From the IMG/VR virus record IMGVR_UViG_3300042445_003239: a stretch of DNA of 64,000 nucleotides; one strand, written 5' to 3'. The first letter of the stretch is position 1. Every line of letters begins with the position of its first letter. The notes beneath the pieces were generated by a model that ran no database searches, was not told the origin of the DNA, and worked only from the letters and a program-made list of their open reading frames with translations. This DNA is from an uncultured virus (IMG/VR IMGVR_UViG_3300042445_003239) (taxonomy: Duplodnaviria > Heunggongvirae > Uroviricota > Caudoviricetes). This document shows, in pieces, positions 9,951 to 20,302 of the stretch. A program made the position numbers and the translations under genes.

Positions 9951-10235
9951 ATGAGTGGAGGACATTTTGAATATCAGCAAGATCGCATTGAAGACATTGC
10001 AAAAAGTATTGAAGAACTTATCAAGAGCAATGACGATGAGTCATTGGATGAATGGGGCTATCGGCGTGGCGGAGGCTATAGTGCTGAAACAATTGAAAAG
10101 TTCAAAACTGCCGTTGATACGCTAAGAAAAGCTGCTATAATGGCTCAGCGAGTCGATTGGCTCGTTAGCGGTGATGACGGAGAAGATAGCTTTCATCGTC
10201 GTTGGGATGAAGAATTGAAAGAAATAAAAACATGA
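9951..10235 (+). CDS. conserved phage hypothetical protein
   Basis: MSGGHFEY...RVDWLVSGDDGEDSF. Confidence 0.7.
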   Translation: MSGGHFEYQQDRIEDIAKSIEELIKSNDDESLDEWGYRRGGGYSAETIEKFKTAVDTLRKAAIMAQRVDWLVSGDDGEDSFHRRWDEELKEIKT

Positions 10236-10738
10236 GCGTATATTTTATAGGCGACCCGCATCTGGGTCATAAAGCAATTGGAAAGTATCGTCCATGGGTT
10301 AGAGATAGTGCAGCAAACACTGCTCATATTCATAAGCTATGGCGTGATACGGTTAAAAAGACTGACATCGTATATGTCATGGGCGATGCTGCCTTTACGG
10401 ACGATGAGCTCATCGCAATGGGCAATCTATGTGGTCGTAAGATTCTCATCAAAGGTAACCACGATGATATGACGAGCACCGCGCTACAGACTAGTGTCTT
10501 TGAAGAAATTCATGGCATCATCAAGTATAAAGCTATGTGGCTGAGTCACTCACCTATCCATCCTGCCGAACTCCGCGGCAAAAAGAACGTGCACGGCCAT
10601 GTTCATCAACATAGTGTGCGCACTTGGTATGGCACTCTTGACAAGCGTTACTATAATACTTGTGTTGATGTGGTTTATCCAAAGACGGGTAATGTGTTTG
10701 TAACTCTTGAAACGATTAAAGGTTATTTTGGATTATGA
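10232..10738 (+). CDS. calcineurin-like metallophosphoesterase
   Basis: GDPHLGH, MGD, GNHD, HSP, HGHVH motifs. Confidence 0.9.
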   Translation: MSVYFIGDPHLGHKAIGKYRPWVRDSAANTAHIHKLWRDTVKKTDIVYVMGDAAFTDDELIAMGNLCGRKILIKGNHDDMTSTALQTSVFEEIHGIIKYKAMWLSHSPIHPAELRGKKNVHGHVHQHSVRTWYGTLDKRYYNTCVDVVYPKTGNVFVTLETIKGYFGL

Positions 10739-10920
10739 ATAAAGCAAAACTATTAGGAGGCATTCTCGTATCATTGCCATTTACAATATATCTTTGTCTT
10801 ATGGTAAAGGAATATGGTTTACATGATGTGCTTATTGCTGCTGGTTATGTATTAGGATTTCTGTTAATGTGGTTTTCACTTATGTTAGGAATATCATTAT
10901 TAACCAATGGACAAGATTGA
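10735..10920 (+). CDS. small membrane protein
   Basis: Two hydrophobic segments. Confidence 0.55.
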   Translation: MNKAKLLGGILVSLPFTIYLCLMVKEYGLHDVLIAAGYVLGFLLMWFSLMLGISLLTNGQD

Positions 10921-10922
10921 AT

Positions 10923-11129
10923 ATGAATATTGAAGATAAAATAAATCGCTCAGTTTGGAACTCAGTTTGGAACTCAGTTTATGACTCAGTTTGGGACACT
11001 GTTAATAACTCAGTCTATGACTCAGTTGATAACTCGGTTGATGACTCAGTTCGTGGCTCGGTTGTTGACTCAGTTCGTGTCTCAGTTCATGACTCACTTA
11101 ACGTTGCAATAAAAGAATATGAATATTAA
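10923..11129 (+). CDS. SVxx tetrapeptide-repeat mini-protein
   Basis: MNIEDKI-(SVWN/SVYD/SVDN..)n-IKEYEY; 12-nt repeat CTCAGTTNNNNN. Confidence 0.7.
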   Translation: MNIEDKINRSVWNSVWNSVYDSVWDTVNNSVYDSVDNSVDDSVRGSVVDSVRVSVHDSLNVAIKEYEY

Positions 11130-11319
11130 TATTGAAGATGAAATTAAAAGTGCAGTCTATCAACCAGTTTGGTATTCAGTTCATAAAGCAGTTCGTGATA
11201 TAGTTTGGAGTTCAGTTAATAATAGAATTTGCGGTTCATTTTTACAATGCGGTCAATTGATATCTAATGACTCTGAATTTAGTTCAGTCCGTGTTACAAT
11301 AAAAGAATACAAATATTAA
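11119..11319 (+). CDS. degenerate SVxx-family mini-protein
   Basis: MNINIEDEI...IKEYKY; 11-nt overlap with upstream ORF. Confidence 0.6.
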   Translation: MNINIEDEIKSAVYQPVWYSVHKAVRDIVWSSVNNRICGSFLQCGQLISNDSEFSSVRVTIKEYKY

Positions 11320-11323
11320 TCGT

Positions 11324-11533
11324 ATGATCAATTTCGAAAATAATGGTGTTGAAGATACCGTATGCTTTCAAACAGGCTATCGTACAAGAACTGCGCTCAT
11401 CAATGAGCTTGGTTGTGCCGTATGGAAAATTGATTTTGGGCAGCTTGGTCAAATAAGTGAAGGTGTCACATCAAGAGGTCTTAAGATTCATAGTGTATTA
11501 AATGATTATTTTGAAAATAATGAAGATAAATAA
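11324..11533 (+). CDS. hypothetical protein
   Basis: 69-aa ORF. Confidence 0.45.
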   Translation: MINFENNGVEDTVCFQTGYRTRTALINELGCAVWKIDFGQLGQISEGVTSRGLKIHSVLNDYFENNEDK

Positions 11534-11691
11534 AAATATGAAAAAATTCAAATATCCAGTTCACGACTATTCGAAAAATGAAAAACGTGGTTGTTGGCCA
11601 GTTGTCTTAGGCTCAATATTATTTTGGATTGTGACAATCTATTTGCTCTGTGATTGGTTAGCTAATTAATTATTATCATTACATATTAACA

Positions 11692-12792
11692 ATGAATAAA
11701 AAAGCACTCATAACTGGTATTACTGGACAGGATGGTTCATATCTTGCCGAATTGCTTCTTGAAAAGGGCTATGAAGTTCATGGCATTAAACGCAGATCTT
11801 CATCCTTTAATACATCACGCATTGATCATCTTTATAAAGATCCGCATGAAGATAATAACATGTTTCATCTGCATTATGGCGATCTTTCAGATAGTTCAAA
11901 TCTAATAAGACTTGTCAAAGAAATTGAGCCTGATGAAATTTATAACTTAGGTGCACAATCTCATGTTGCTGTCTCATTTGATTTGCCAGAATATACTGCT
12001 GATGTTGATGCATTAGGATCATTGCGATTGCTTGAAGCAATTCGTTTTCTTGGATTAGAAAAAAAGACCCGTTATTATCAGGCATCAACATCTGAATTAT
12101 ATGGCAATGTACAAAACGAGATTCAAACCGAAAAAACTCCATTTTATCCTCGTTCCCCTTATGGAGTCGCTAAGCTATATGCATATTGGATAACAGTAAA
12201 CTATAGAGAAGCATATGGCATATATGCTTGTAATGGCATTCTTTTTAATCATGAATCACCTCGCCGAGGAGAAACCTTTGTAACGCGAAAAATAACGCGA
12301 GGCATAGCGAATATTGCTCTTGCTCTAGAAAAAACTTTATTTCTTGGTAATCTTAATGCATTAAGAGATTGGGGTCATGCTAAAGATTATGTTAGAATGC
12401 AATGGATGATGCTGCAACAAGATTCTCCTGATGATTTTGTTATTGCCAGTGGTAAACAAATTTCCGTAAGAGAATTTGTAAGAATGTCCGCAAAATATGC
12501 AGGCATTGAAATTGATTTTAAAGGCGAAGGCCTCGATGAAATTGGCATTGTTTCTGCCATTAGTGATTCATCAAAGGCAAGCGGTGTTAAAGTTGGTGAT
12601 ATTATTATACGAATCGATCCACAATATTTTCGACCAGCCGAAGTTGAAACATTGCTAGGCGATCCATCAAAAGCAATGGAAAAACTTGGTTGGAAACCCG
12701 AGATTAGTGTTGAACAAATGTGTGAAGAAATGATAATTCACGATTTAAGGGAAGCTAATCGCATGACTCTGCTTAAAGAAAATGGCTATTAA
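11692..12792 (+). CDS. gmd: GDP-mannose 4,6-dehydratase
   Basis: [64 protein letters not shown]. Confidence 0.97.
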   Translation: MNKKALITGITGQDGSYLAELLLEKGYEVHGIKRRSSSFNTSRIDHLYKDPHEDNNMFHLHYGDLSDSSNLIRLVKEIEPDEIYNLGAQSHVAVSFDLPEYTADVDALGSLRLLEAIRFLGLEKKTRYYQASTSELYGNVQNEIQTEKTPFYPRSPYGVAKLYAYWITVNYREAYGIYACNGILFNHESPRRGETFVTRKITRGIANIALALEKTLFLGNLNALRDWGHAKDYVRMQWMMLQQDSPDDFVIASGKQISVREFVRMSAKYAGIEIDFKGEGLDEIGIVSAISDSSKASGVKVGDIIIRIDPQYFRPAEVETLLGDPSKAMEKLGWKPEISVEQMCEEMIIHDLREANRMTLLKENGY

Positions 12793-13732
12793 TATGAAGA
12801 AATTATATATTGCCGGACACAACGGAATGGTAGGCTCTGCTTTAGTACGAGCTGTAGAAAAAAGTGACAAATATGAATTGATTGTTGCATCACGAGATCA
12901 GCTTGATCTGTTGGATCAAAGAGCAGTATTTGACTTTCTTAATGAAAAGAAACCAGATGTTGTTATTATTGCTGCCGCGAAGGTTGGAGGAATTCATGCA
13001 AATTCTCAATATCCAGCAGAATTTATATATGAGAATCTTACAATAGCTTCAAATATTATAGAGGGCAGTCGTCGCGCTAATGTACAACGGCTCTTAAACT
13101 TAGGAAGTTCTTGTATCTATCCTAAGCAATCACCTCAACCAATTAAAGAAAGTTATTTGCTTGAATCACAATTGGAAGTTACTAATGAAGCATATGCGGT
13201 TGCAAAAATTGCTGCACTAAAAATGTGCCAACACTATCGCAATCAATATGATCTTCTTTATCATTCTGCTATGCCTACAAATTTATATGGAACAGGTGAT
13301 AATTATCATCCTGAAAATAGTCACGTTGTTCCTGGACTTATTCGTCGCATTCATCAGGCTAAAATTGACCAATCACCAAGTGTAACTATTTGGGGTACAG
13401 GCAATCCTCGAAGAGAATTTTTGCATGTTGATGATCTTGCTGTTGCATGCATGACTCTTATTGAGCAAGCAAATCCACCTGATTGGATCAATATCGGCAC
13501 AGGCTATGATATTAGCATAAAAGAATTAGCTGAACTAATTATCGATATTGTTGGATTTAAAGGCACAATTGAAAATGATTATAGCAAAGCCGATGGCACT
13601 CCACAAAAACTTCTTGATGTAAGTCTATGTGAGCAGATGGGTTGGCGCGCCACAATATCTTTACGGGATGGTTTGGAGAGAGCCTATAGATCATTTCTTG
13701 AAGAAATTGAGTCAAAAACGCTAAGAATGTGA
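12782..13732 (+). CDS. fcl: GDP-L-fucose synthase
   Basis: [58 protein letters not shown]. Confidence 0.95.
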   Translation: MAINMKKLYIAGHNGMVGSALVRAVEKSDKYELIVASRDQLDLLDQRAVFDFLNEKKPDVVIIAAAKVGGIHANSQYPAEFIYENLTIASNIIEGSRRANVQRLLNLGSSCIYPKQSPQPIKESYLLESQLEVTNEAYAVAKIAALKMCQHYRNQYDLLYHSAMPTNLYGTGDNYHPENSHVVPGLIRRIHQAKIDQSPSVTIWGTGNPRREFLHVDDLAVACMTLIEQANPPDWINIGTGYDISIKELAELIIDIVGFKGTIENDYSKADGTPQKLLDVSLCEQMGWRATISLRDGLERAYRSFLEEIESKTLRM

Positions 13733-13743
13733 TCATTTTTCTA

Positions 13744-13772
13744 TTTACAATTGTCAGTAAATAGTGTATAAT
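13744..13772 (+). promoter_or_regulatory. early promoter
   Basis: TTTACA-17-TATAAT. Confidence 0.75.
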
Positions 13773-13790
13773 ATTGATGCAACCAATATT

Positions 13791-14027
13791 ATGAAAGCAT
13801 ACTTGACAGACATCCAAATGGACAGCCTCATTAATCGCGCTAAGGAAATGCGCAAAGGCAAAAAGCTACTACACGAGCAACGCAAAGCATATACAGTGAT
13901 TGCTGATGGCCATTTTGAATTTGCAACTCCAAAGACGCTGCGCAAGTTTTTGAGCGCATGCCGTTTTCCATCCGACTATCGCGTCTTTGTAAATTTTGAC
14001 AAAGGCATTACAATTGATCTTTCCTAA
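13791..14027 (+). CDS. hypothetical protein
   Basis: ORF after promoter, start ATG 13791. Confidence 0.5.
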   Translation: MKAYLTDIQMDSLINRAKEMRKGKKLLHEQRKAYTVIADGHFEFATPKTLRKFLSACRFPSDYRVFVNFDKGITIDLS

Positions 14028-14040
14028 CACAACACTACTT

Positions 14041-14586
14041 ATGAAAATATTCTGGGACATTGATGAAACATTGATTCATAGCCGCACTTATGAATCAAAA
14101 CTATATAAACATAACATACACTTTCGTTTAGACGGCGGCGAGGAGTATTTTACTTGTGTGCGTCCATGCTCGAAGGCGCTAATCCAATATAGTCGCACAC
14201 TTGTTGGTGAAGAAAATGTTCACATCTTGACCGCTGCTAGTTTTGACTATGCTAGGGAAATTTCACGCTTGGCGGAATGGGGCTTCTCAGATGAAGACAT
14301 CTTTTCGCGTGAGACGATGCAAAAGTATAGCATTCGCTTACAGAGTTTGTATGGCGTTGACAAAATTGTGAATCCGCATCCTTATGCAAATAAGAATAAT
14401 GTACTCATTGACAATTTGCTGCCAATGTGGAATGATGAAAAGACTACACTCATGGGCATTAATCCGCGGACTCACTATCTTAAAGTTGAAGACTATATGG
14501 GTGACAATAGCGATGAAGATATTTTTGCCGATATTGTAAAACACTTTTTGAACGAAAGACATAAAGAAGCAGGAGGAGCACAATGA
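14041..14586 (+). CDS. HAD-superfamily (NIF/FCP1-like) phosphatase
   Basis: WDIDETLIHS (DxDxT), VRP, LTAA, LIDN. Confidence 0.8.
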   Translation: MKIFWDIDETLIHSRTYESKLYKHNIHFRLDGGEEYFTCVRPCSKALIQYSRTLVGEENVHILTAASFDYAREISRLAEWGFSDEDIFSRETMQKYSIRLQSLYGVDKIVNPHPYANKNNVLIDNLLPMWNDEKTTLMGINPRTHYLKVEDYMGDNSDEDIFADIVKHFLNERHKEAGGAQ

Positions 14587-14996
14587 TTACATTTGATGAT
14601 AAAACAACAGAGGCTCTTGGGTATGTTCGCGAGGCAGAGAAAATCATGGCAGAACTTGGTCATACAAAATATTCGTTGAGTGGCATGTGTAGCGCAGCAA
14701 TGCGACACGATCTTGAGAAAGAAGTAGGCAAATTGTTGGGCAAACTCGTTGAGGCTCGAAAAGAAATAGAAAATCTTAACGGGATAATTACTGCCGCACT
14801 AAATAGTGCAAATGTAAGCCAACTTAGGGCGATTGAATATCAAAGTCAACGCGATATATTGGTTGAGGCTTTGGAGCGGTTTGATGTTGACTGGACTCTT
14901 GAAGAAGGAGAGGAAACAACCACGTATTTCACATATGAAGATCAACAAATACTAAGAGATGCCCTAGTCACAGCGGAAGGAGGGAGCCATGAGTGA
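14583..14996 (+). CDS. hypothetical coiled-coil protein
   Basis: 137-aa ORF with GGAGG SD; KLVEARKE...QRDILVEAL. Confidence 0.6.
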   Translation: MITFDDKTTEALGYVREAEKIMAELGHTKYSLSGMCSAAMRHDLEKEVGKLLGKLVEARKEIENLNGIITAALNSANVSQLRAIEYQSQRDILVEALERFDVDWTLEEGEETTTYFTYEDQQILRDALVTAEGGSHE

Positions 14997-15399
14997 GACA
15001 CCGATAACAGATGCACGAATGCCAGACCAAGTGTATAAGCGCACCATGTATGACCACATCCAAGTGATAGAACACGAACTTACCGAAGCGCGGAATATCC
15101 TAAAGCAGTGCCTATCAATCATGCCAGTCGGGTATGTCCCAACGCACACGGTGGAGAATCTACCTGAGATGATTGGCGACTTAACGAAAGCACTCGCTGA
15201 GGAAACAACGGAGCGCGAGAAGCTCGAACGCGAGCTTGCAGAGGCGCGGGAATGCGCTGAGATATTGCGCGACCAGTTGCAGGTTGTCGGAGAAATGTAT
15301 GCAGGTGGGAGAGTCCCTCCACTGCCTGAATTGCCATGGTCGCAACCTGATTTGTCGAGAGAGGCACTTATTGCCGCCGTGAAAGGAGGTGAATCATGA
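14989..15399 (+). CDS. hypothetical coiled-coil protein
   Basis: MSETPITDA...ELTEARN...ERELAEARE...AAVKGGES. Confidence 0.6.
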   Translation: MSETPITDARMPDQVYKRTMYDHIQVIEHELTEARNILKQCLSIMPVGYVPTHTVENLPEMIGDLTKALAEETTEREKLERELAEARECAEILRDQLQVVGEMYAGGRVPPLPELPWSQPDLSREALIAAVKGGES

Positions 15400-15692
15400 A
15401 TGGAAAAACAACGATATGCCCGATACATAATCCAAACAGTGCTGAGATGGATCGAAGAACATACGGATGTTCGTGGATCAATGTTTGCTTTTGGGGCAAG
15501 AGATTGATCCGCTTCACAGTAGGAAGATTAACCATGGACATCCATCGCGGAACTCTTAGTACATTTACTTGCATGGGTGGTGGCGCTAATGGCTCTGCTC
15601 GATACTGGCAACTTTGGTGGCCTTTGGGATCAGCAATGTGGATTGTGCGCAAACCTATTAAATCCCGCCGTGAAAGGAGGATATATGAGTGA
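15396..15692 (+). CDS. hypothetical protein
   Basis: SD GGAGG; flanked by 16-bp direct repeat CCGCCGTGAAAGGAGG. Confidence 0.45.
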   Translation: MNGKTTICPIHNPNSAEMDRRTYGCSWINVCFWGKRLIRFTVGRLTMDIHRGTLSTFTCMGGGANGSARYWQLWWPLGSAMWIVRKPIKSRRERRIYE

Positions 15693-16320
15693 ACGATTAG
15701 ATGGTAAAAAACAACTAGAAGAAATGCTAAATCGACCAATCAAGGATTGGTCAAAAGATCCACTCCAAGATGAGTATGATCATGTTGATAGTGAGTTTGG
15801 ACCGTTTGCATCGGACACTTCCTCAATTGATTTTGCGACATATTTACAAATGCAGAGTATGCAACATCAGATCGATGAGCTGACACAAAAATTAGCCGAA
15901 GCAAACAATGAAATTCTAAATCTCAGACATGAGTATAATGGAGCACGTGCTGCCTTTGAAGGCATATGTGGCACAGTTAAACAAAATAGCTTGAGCAGCT
16001 TGACTCATACTATTTCAGAGCGAGTGAAGACACCAATGACATTGCAACAATTGGCAGATTATGTCTATTCAAATGAATATAGCGCAGAGCTTGCTTTACA
16101 ACACGCATTGTTATTACTCAAAAAACAAAGTGAAGATATCACTGAAGCGCGACGTGAAGCAATTCGTTGGCAAGATGCATGGGTTGAAAACTCCCCGCTT
16201 GAGGAGATAAAAACAACACTTTTCCCTTGGAACAAATATTGGAACAAGGGAGAGCTTAACCTTTCCAATTGTTTGCACTGCGGAGAGTTTAGAGGACATG
16301 GACATCAATGTAAAATTTAA
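15685..16320 (+). CDS. hypothetical protein with coiled coil and C-terminal CxxC-H motif
   Basis: SD GGAGG then ATG 15685; C-terminal CLHCGEFRGHGHQC. Confidence 0.55.
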   Translation: MSERLDGKKQLEEMLNRPIKDWSKDPLQDEYDHVDSEFGPFASDTSSIDFATYLQMQSMQHQIDELTQKLAEANNEILNLRHEYNGARAAFEGICGTVKQNSLSSLTHTISERVKTPMTLQQLADYVYSNEYSAELALQHALLLLKKQSEDITEARREAIRWQDAWVENSPLEEIKTTLFPWNKYWNKGELNLSNCLHCGEFRGHGHQCKI

Positions 16321-16323
16321 ATT

Positions 16324-16587
16324 ATGAAGAAATACCTAATATATACACTATTGGCGTGCGCATCCTTTTCGTGCACGGAAAATCAAAGAGCAAAATCATA
16401 TGGCGGAAGCATGACAGTTGACTTGCCGGCAAATACAAAACTCATGAATGTCACATGGAAGAATGAACAGCTATGGTATTTGACTCGTCCTCTGCGTGAA
16501 AATGAAAATCCCGAAACATCAACATTTAGCGAAAAGTCGGACTTAGGTTTGGTTGAAGGACAAGTCATCTTTAAAGAAAGCAAATAA
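16324..16587 (+). CDS. putative lipoprotein
   Basis: MKK + hydrophobic stretch + lipobox-like FSC; TENQRAKSYGG. Confidence 0.7.
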   Translation: MKKYLIYTLLACASFSCTENQRAKSYGGSMTVDLPANTKLMNVTWKNEQLWYLTRPLRENENPETSTFSEKSDLGLVEGQVIFKESK

Positions 16588-16591
16588 ACTT

Positions 16592-16759
16592 ATGAACAAA
16601 AATACAAGACAAGCACGAGCAGCTGGCTATGCTAGCAAGAAGGACCAGAATAATGGTGGAACTAAAGTATTTGCAGGATCCAACTGCGATACAAGCTGGG
16701 ACAATCCTAACAGCAAAAAACGCCGTCGTAAGACATATGGCGGAAACGGCAAAAACTAA
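16592..16759 (+). CDS. small basic hypothetical protein
   Basis: MNKNTRQARAAG ORF. Confidence 0.45.
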   Translation: MNKNTRQARAAGYASKKDQNNGGTKVFAGSNCDTSWDNPNSKKRRRKTYGGNGKN

Positions 16760-16765
16760 AATATT

Positions 16766-17251
16766 ATGACAGATAACGTTATACTCTCCGCTGGTGATGC
16801 ATGCAACTGTGAAGCTGGTGTACCCACACTGCTCGCGCATGTTGTGAATAATCGCGGACTCTGGGGAGCTGGCTTTGTGCTTGCGATATCACGTCGTTGG
16901 CCAGAGATAGAACGTTATTATTTAAAACGCTGCAAGGCATACGAAGATCGACCTGAAGAATTATTAGGATCAATACAATGTGTTGATGCTGCTCAGGACA
17001 TCACGGTGGTGAACATGTTTGCAATGGCAGGAGTCTATCATTCAAGATATAATCCAACGCCATTGCAAACAGATTCTCTTTTTCGCTGTCTGCAGGCGCT
17101 ACGTCGTAAAGCAGAGACTGACGGCTATAGAGTAATACAAATGCCAAAGATTGGAGCAGGTCTTGCTCGCGGAGATTGGTCAACAATCTTTAAGATCATC
17201 AAAACAATTTTTGCCGGCAGCAGAGTCATTGTAAAAATCAAAACGCTATAA
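16766..17251 (+). CDS. macrodomain protein (ADP-ribose hydrolase, TARG1/DarG-like)
   Basis: GDA, AHVVNNRGLWGAGFVLAI, MPKIGAGLARGDW. Confidence 0.88.
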   Translation: MTDNVILSAGDACNCEAGVPTLLAHVVNNRGLWGAGFVLAISRRWPEIERYYLKRCKAYEDRPEELLGSIQCVDAAQDITVVNMFAMAGVYHSRYNPTPLQTDSLFRCLQALRRKAETDGYRVIQMPKIGAGLARGDWSTIFKIIKTIFAGSRVIVKIKTL

Positions 17252-17260
17252 ATAAAAACC

Positions 17261-17455
17261 ATGAGTACATATTATCTCGTTGACACAAACGATTGGCGCA
17301 TAGTTCAAATCAATAGCGCTATGGATAAGAGTGACATCAATGCAAAGAATCAAGGATATATGCATTCACAATCACCGTTACGTTGGTATGAAGCTGAAGA
17401 CATTAAACACCTTCCGTTAGATTGGACAACAACTCCAGAATCACTCGGAGACTAA
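17261..17455 (+). CDS. hypothetical late protein
   Basis: TATAAATA at 17247-54 immediately upstream. Confidence 0.55.
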   Translation: MSTYYLVDTNDWRIVQINSAMDKSDINAKNQGYMHSQSPLRWYEAEDIKHLPLDWTTTPESLGD

Positions 17456-17484
17456 AAAACATAGAAAAACGGCAGTTTTTGGAG

Positions 17485-17550
17485 AAAAATGCATTTTTTT
17501 GCATTTTTCTTCATTTTTTGTTTTACAAGCAGCACGGTTTGGTGTATAAT
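17485..17550 (+). promoter_or_regulatory. early promoter (PeSL-like family)
   Basis: GCATTTTTCTTCATTTTTT shared with other copies; TTTACA 17522-27, TATAAT 17545-50. Confidence 0.8.
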
Positions 17551-17565
17551 AAATCTGTAACCAAT

Positions 17566-17847
17566 ATGATCCAATACAAATTCACCACCACTCGTCCCGC
17601 ACTCGAAGAAGTCAAAATCTCTGACTGCAAAGTAGGCCAAGTCTTAAGTCTTGAACAAGGCTTATATAGAATATGCGTTTTTGTTTATAACGGAAAAAAT
17701 CACAACGGAAAAGATCAATACATTCTTGGAAAAGAATGGATCGACAAGGATGGAATTTGCCGCTCATCTGGAGTGTGCTTCTGCGATGGTGATGAACTCG
17801 CCATGCGCGTAAGCGATGAGTGTTACAAAGCAACACTAGCCGCCTAA
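17566..17847 (+). CDS. hypothetical early protein
   Basis: ATG after promoter; the track's upstream extension runs through the promoter. Confidence 0.6.
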   Translation: MIQYKFTTTRPALEEVKISDCKVGQVLSLEQGLYRICVFVYNGKNHNGKDQYILGKEWIDKDGICRSSGVCFCDGDELAMRVSDECYKATLAA

Positions 17848-18154
17848 TTACCTTTATATGAAAAAGATCAAAACCAAAACATTTGACTATAGCCCAATCG
17901 CATTGCGCAAATTGGCACGTCATCTTTTTGCTCCGCCTGTGGTCTCTTACACTGACAAAAAGAAAAAAGAAAAACGAACACTCTGCCGTAAAAATTATGA
18001 ACACTGATATACTTCGTAGAAAAGCTCTAGGCCTTAATCTTAAAGGCAATCGCAATCGTCGCTATGCTGACGTCCTTCGCACAGAATATATTAAAGCATG
18101 TGCTTTATCTCTAACCCTAGTCTCCGCAATCATCACTCTAATCTCCTACATACT

Positions 18155-19264
18155 ATGATCAACTCTGAAGAATTTAATATCAAGCCAGTCAAGATTGGTG
18201 CACTAAAAGAAGACTTTTTTCTCGTGACTCCAAATGATATGGGTACCACATGGAATGACGGCAATGCACGCTATCGTAGTGCAATTGTCCGTGTATCTGA
18301 TGGTGCTGTTGTCTCTCAAGGCTTTGGCAAGTTTGTGAACTATGGCGAAAAGCCAGACTTTCAACCTTGGGATTCTTCATGGCCAATACAAGCACGTCAC
18401 AAGATGGATGGTAGCTTGCTTATTGTTTCGCGCTATAAGGATGAGCTTATTGTTCGCACTCGTGGTACTGTTGACGCACGCCAATTGCCAAACGGACACG
18501 AGATTGAAGTCCTAATGAGTAAATATCCACGAGTCTTTGACAAGATTAATCCATACTTGAAAGAATGGAGCTTGCTCTTTGAATGGACTACTCCTTCAAA
18601 TATCATTGTCTTGCGGGAGCATGACGAGCCGACTCTCACTATGCTTGGCGCTGTGGCAAACGATACTGCAGAATATATGACTCAAGCTAATGTTGATGTC
18701 GTCTCATTTTTGCTCGATGTACCACGACCAACTCCATATTATTATAGCAGCATTGAAGAATGTATCCGTGATGTTGAAGCATGGACTGGCAAAGAAGGTG
18801 TAGTGATCTATTCACCTGACTTTCAGACAATGAAAAAGATTAAGGCCGAAGCCTATCTAATGTTGCATCGTGTTGCAACTGGTGTGAAGGGTGTTAAGAA
18901 TGTACTTGACTTATGGCTTGCAGCGCCTGAACGATATGCTAGTGTTGAAGCCTTTTATAAGTATGTTGAGTCTACTCTTGACTACGAGATTGCAGAAAAG
19001 ATTAGCGATGAAATGCATGCTATAGTATCGGCATATCACGAGTTTGAAGCTGCGCATCGTGAACTGCTCCGCTTCATCTCTGTATATCATTCAACCCATG
19101 ACTCCACTGCAGCAGACTATCGTAAGAACTTTGCGCTGCTTGTGCAAGCGAATTATCCTGATTGGCGCAGTGGATTGGCATTCACTCTCTTCGTTGGCAA
19201 GACCATTGAAGAGCGTCAACTTAAAAATGCAATGCTTACTCTATTAGAAAATTATGGCAACTAA
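18155..19264 (+). CDS. RNA ligase, T4 Rnl1-like
   Basis: KFVNYGE, motif I KMDGSL, RTRG, LLFE, EGVV, KKIK. Confidence 0.85.
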   Translation: MINSEEFNIKPVKIGALKEDFFLVTPNDMGTTWNDGNARYRSAIVRVSDGAVVSQGFGKFVNYGEKPDFQPWDSSWPIQARHKMDGSLLIVSRYKDELIVRTRGTVDARQLPNGHEIEVLMSKYPRVFDKINPYLKEWSLLFEWTTPSNIIVLREHDEPTLTMLGAVANDTAEYMTQANVDVVSFLLDVPRPTPYYYSSIEECIRDVEAWTGKEGVVIYSPDFQTMKKIKAEAYLMLHRVATGVKGVKNVLDLWLAAPERYASVEAFYKYVESTLDYEIAEKISDEMHAIVSAYHEFEAAHRELLRFISVYHSTHDSTAADYRKNFALLVQANYPDWRSGLAFTLFVGKTIEERQLKNAMLTLLENYGN

Positions 19265-19523
19265 AAATGATATTACTGGAGATAGCATCGCATCTCGTGT
19301 GGCGACTCAAAGCTATCGCGATGGCTGGGATGCTATCTTCGCAAAGAAGACTGCAGAGCAATGGTTGAAAGATTCTGAGTTTGAGCATGTCTCTGCAATC
19401 ATAGATCCTGACGGATGGCGCATGGATGATACACCACTTGAAGCTCCATTGACACGCGCTGAATTTAGTCGGCGCTTAAACCATTGTACAATCCTAATGA
19501 AAAATAATCATGATTCGAATTAA
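19254..19523 (+). CDS. hypothetical protein
   Basis: MATKNDITGDSI...YRDGWDAIF; DPDGW. Confidence 0.65.
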   Translation: MATKNDITGDSIASRVATQSYRDGWDAIFAKKTAEQWLKDSEFEHVSAIIDPDGWRMDDTPLEAPLTRAEFSRRLNHCTILMKNNHDSN

Positions 19524-20166
19524 GAAAAATCGTAAAGACTATCACAACATCAAGTTTTGCAGTGACCTGCATTTTGGCCATGATAAAGATTTTGTCTATG
19601 CCAAACGCGGATTCAACAGCGCACGTGAGCATGCACTATGGCTCATTGACCAATTGGAGACACTGCACAGCGATGACCTGCTTGTGGTATTGGGCGATGT
19701 TGGTTTGAGTATCGGACCAGACTCTATTGCTGAACTTGTTCGTAGCCTTAAATGCGAAACACTTATGGTCTGGGGTAATCATAACAGCGGTGTTAAACAG
19801 CTTTATGATGCAGCACTGCCTGATGAATATAAGAGCTGTGAAATTTATCCGCTGCGGATTACTCACAATGTGACAATGCTTGGAGACTCTGCGATGCTGC
19901 ATGTTGACTCACGTCGTTACTATCTTACACATATGTGTCCGCTTGTATGGCCTGAGCTAGGCCGCGGTGCAGTTACACTCTGTGGACATAGCCATGGCTC
20001 GCTCAAAGGTATTAATGCACATCACAGTGTACATGACATTTACGGGCCGATCCTTGATTGTGGAATTGAAAACACTCTCTCATATAACAAGAGTGCATTT
20101 TTCACGGTTGAAGAGGTGGACACCATTCTCTCAGGCCGAAAAAAAGCTGCAATTGATCATCATTAA
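19510..20166 (+). CDS. calcineurin-like metallophosphoesterase
   Basis: SDLHFGH, LGD, GNH, GHSH motifs. Confidence 0.88.
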   Translation: MIRIKKNRKDYHNIKFCSDLHFGHDKDFVYAKRGFNSAREHALWLIDQLETLHSDDLLVVLGDVGLSIGPDSIAELVRSLKCETLMVWGNHNSGVKQLYDAALPDEYKSCEIYPLRITHNVTMLGDSAMLHVDSRRYYLTHMCPLVWPELGRGAVTLCGHSHGSLKGINAHHSVHDIYGPILDCGIENTLSYNKSAFFTVEEVDTILSGRKKAAIDHH

Positions 20167-20189
20167 GCCGTTTTAGGCGGTTTTTACAG

Positions 20190-20280
20190 AGTGAAAAACC
20201 TATACGTATCTATAGGTTTTTCACTTTTTTCACATTTTCATCATTTTTTGTTTTACAAGTATGTGTTTTTATGGTAGAAT
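20190..20280 (+). promoter_or_regulatory. stem-loop plus early promoter
   Basis: AGTGAAAAACCTATA-N6-TATAGGTTTTTCACT 20190-20225; TTTACA 20252-57, TAGAAT 20275-80. Confidence 0.8.
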
Positions 20281-20302
20281 AATCATGTAACCAAACCACA
20301 TT

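Noticed and set aside
17422..17565. Upstream extension of ORF 17422-17847
   Set aside because: It runs through the early promoter; ATG 17566 is the plausible start
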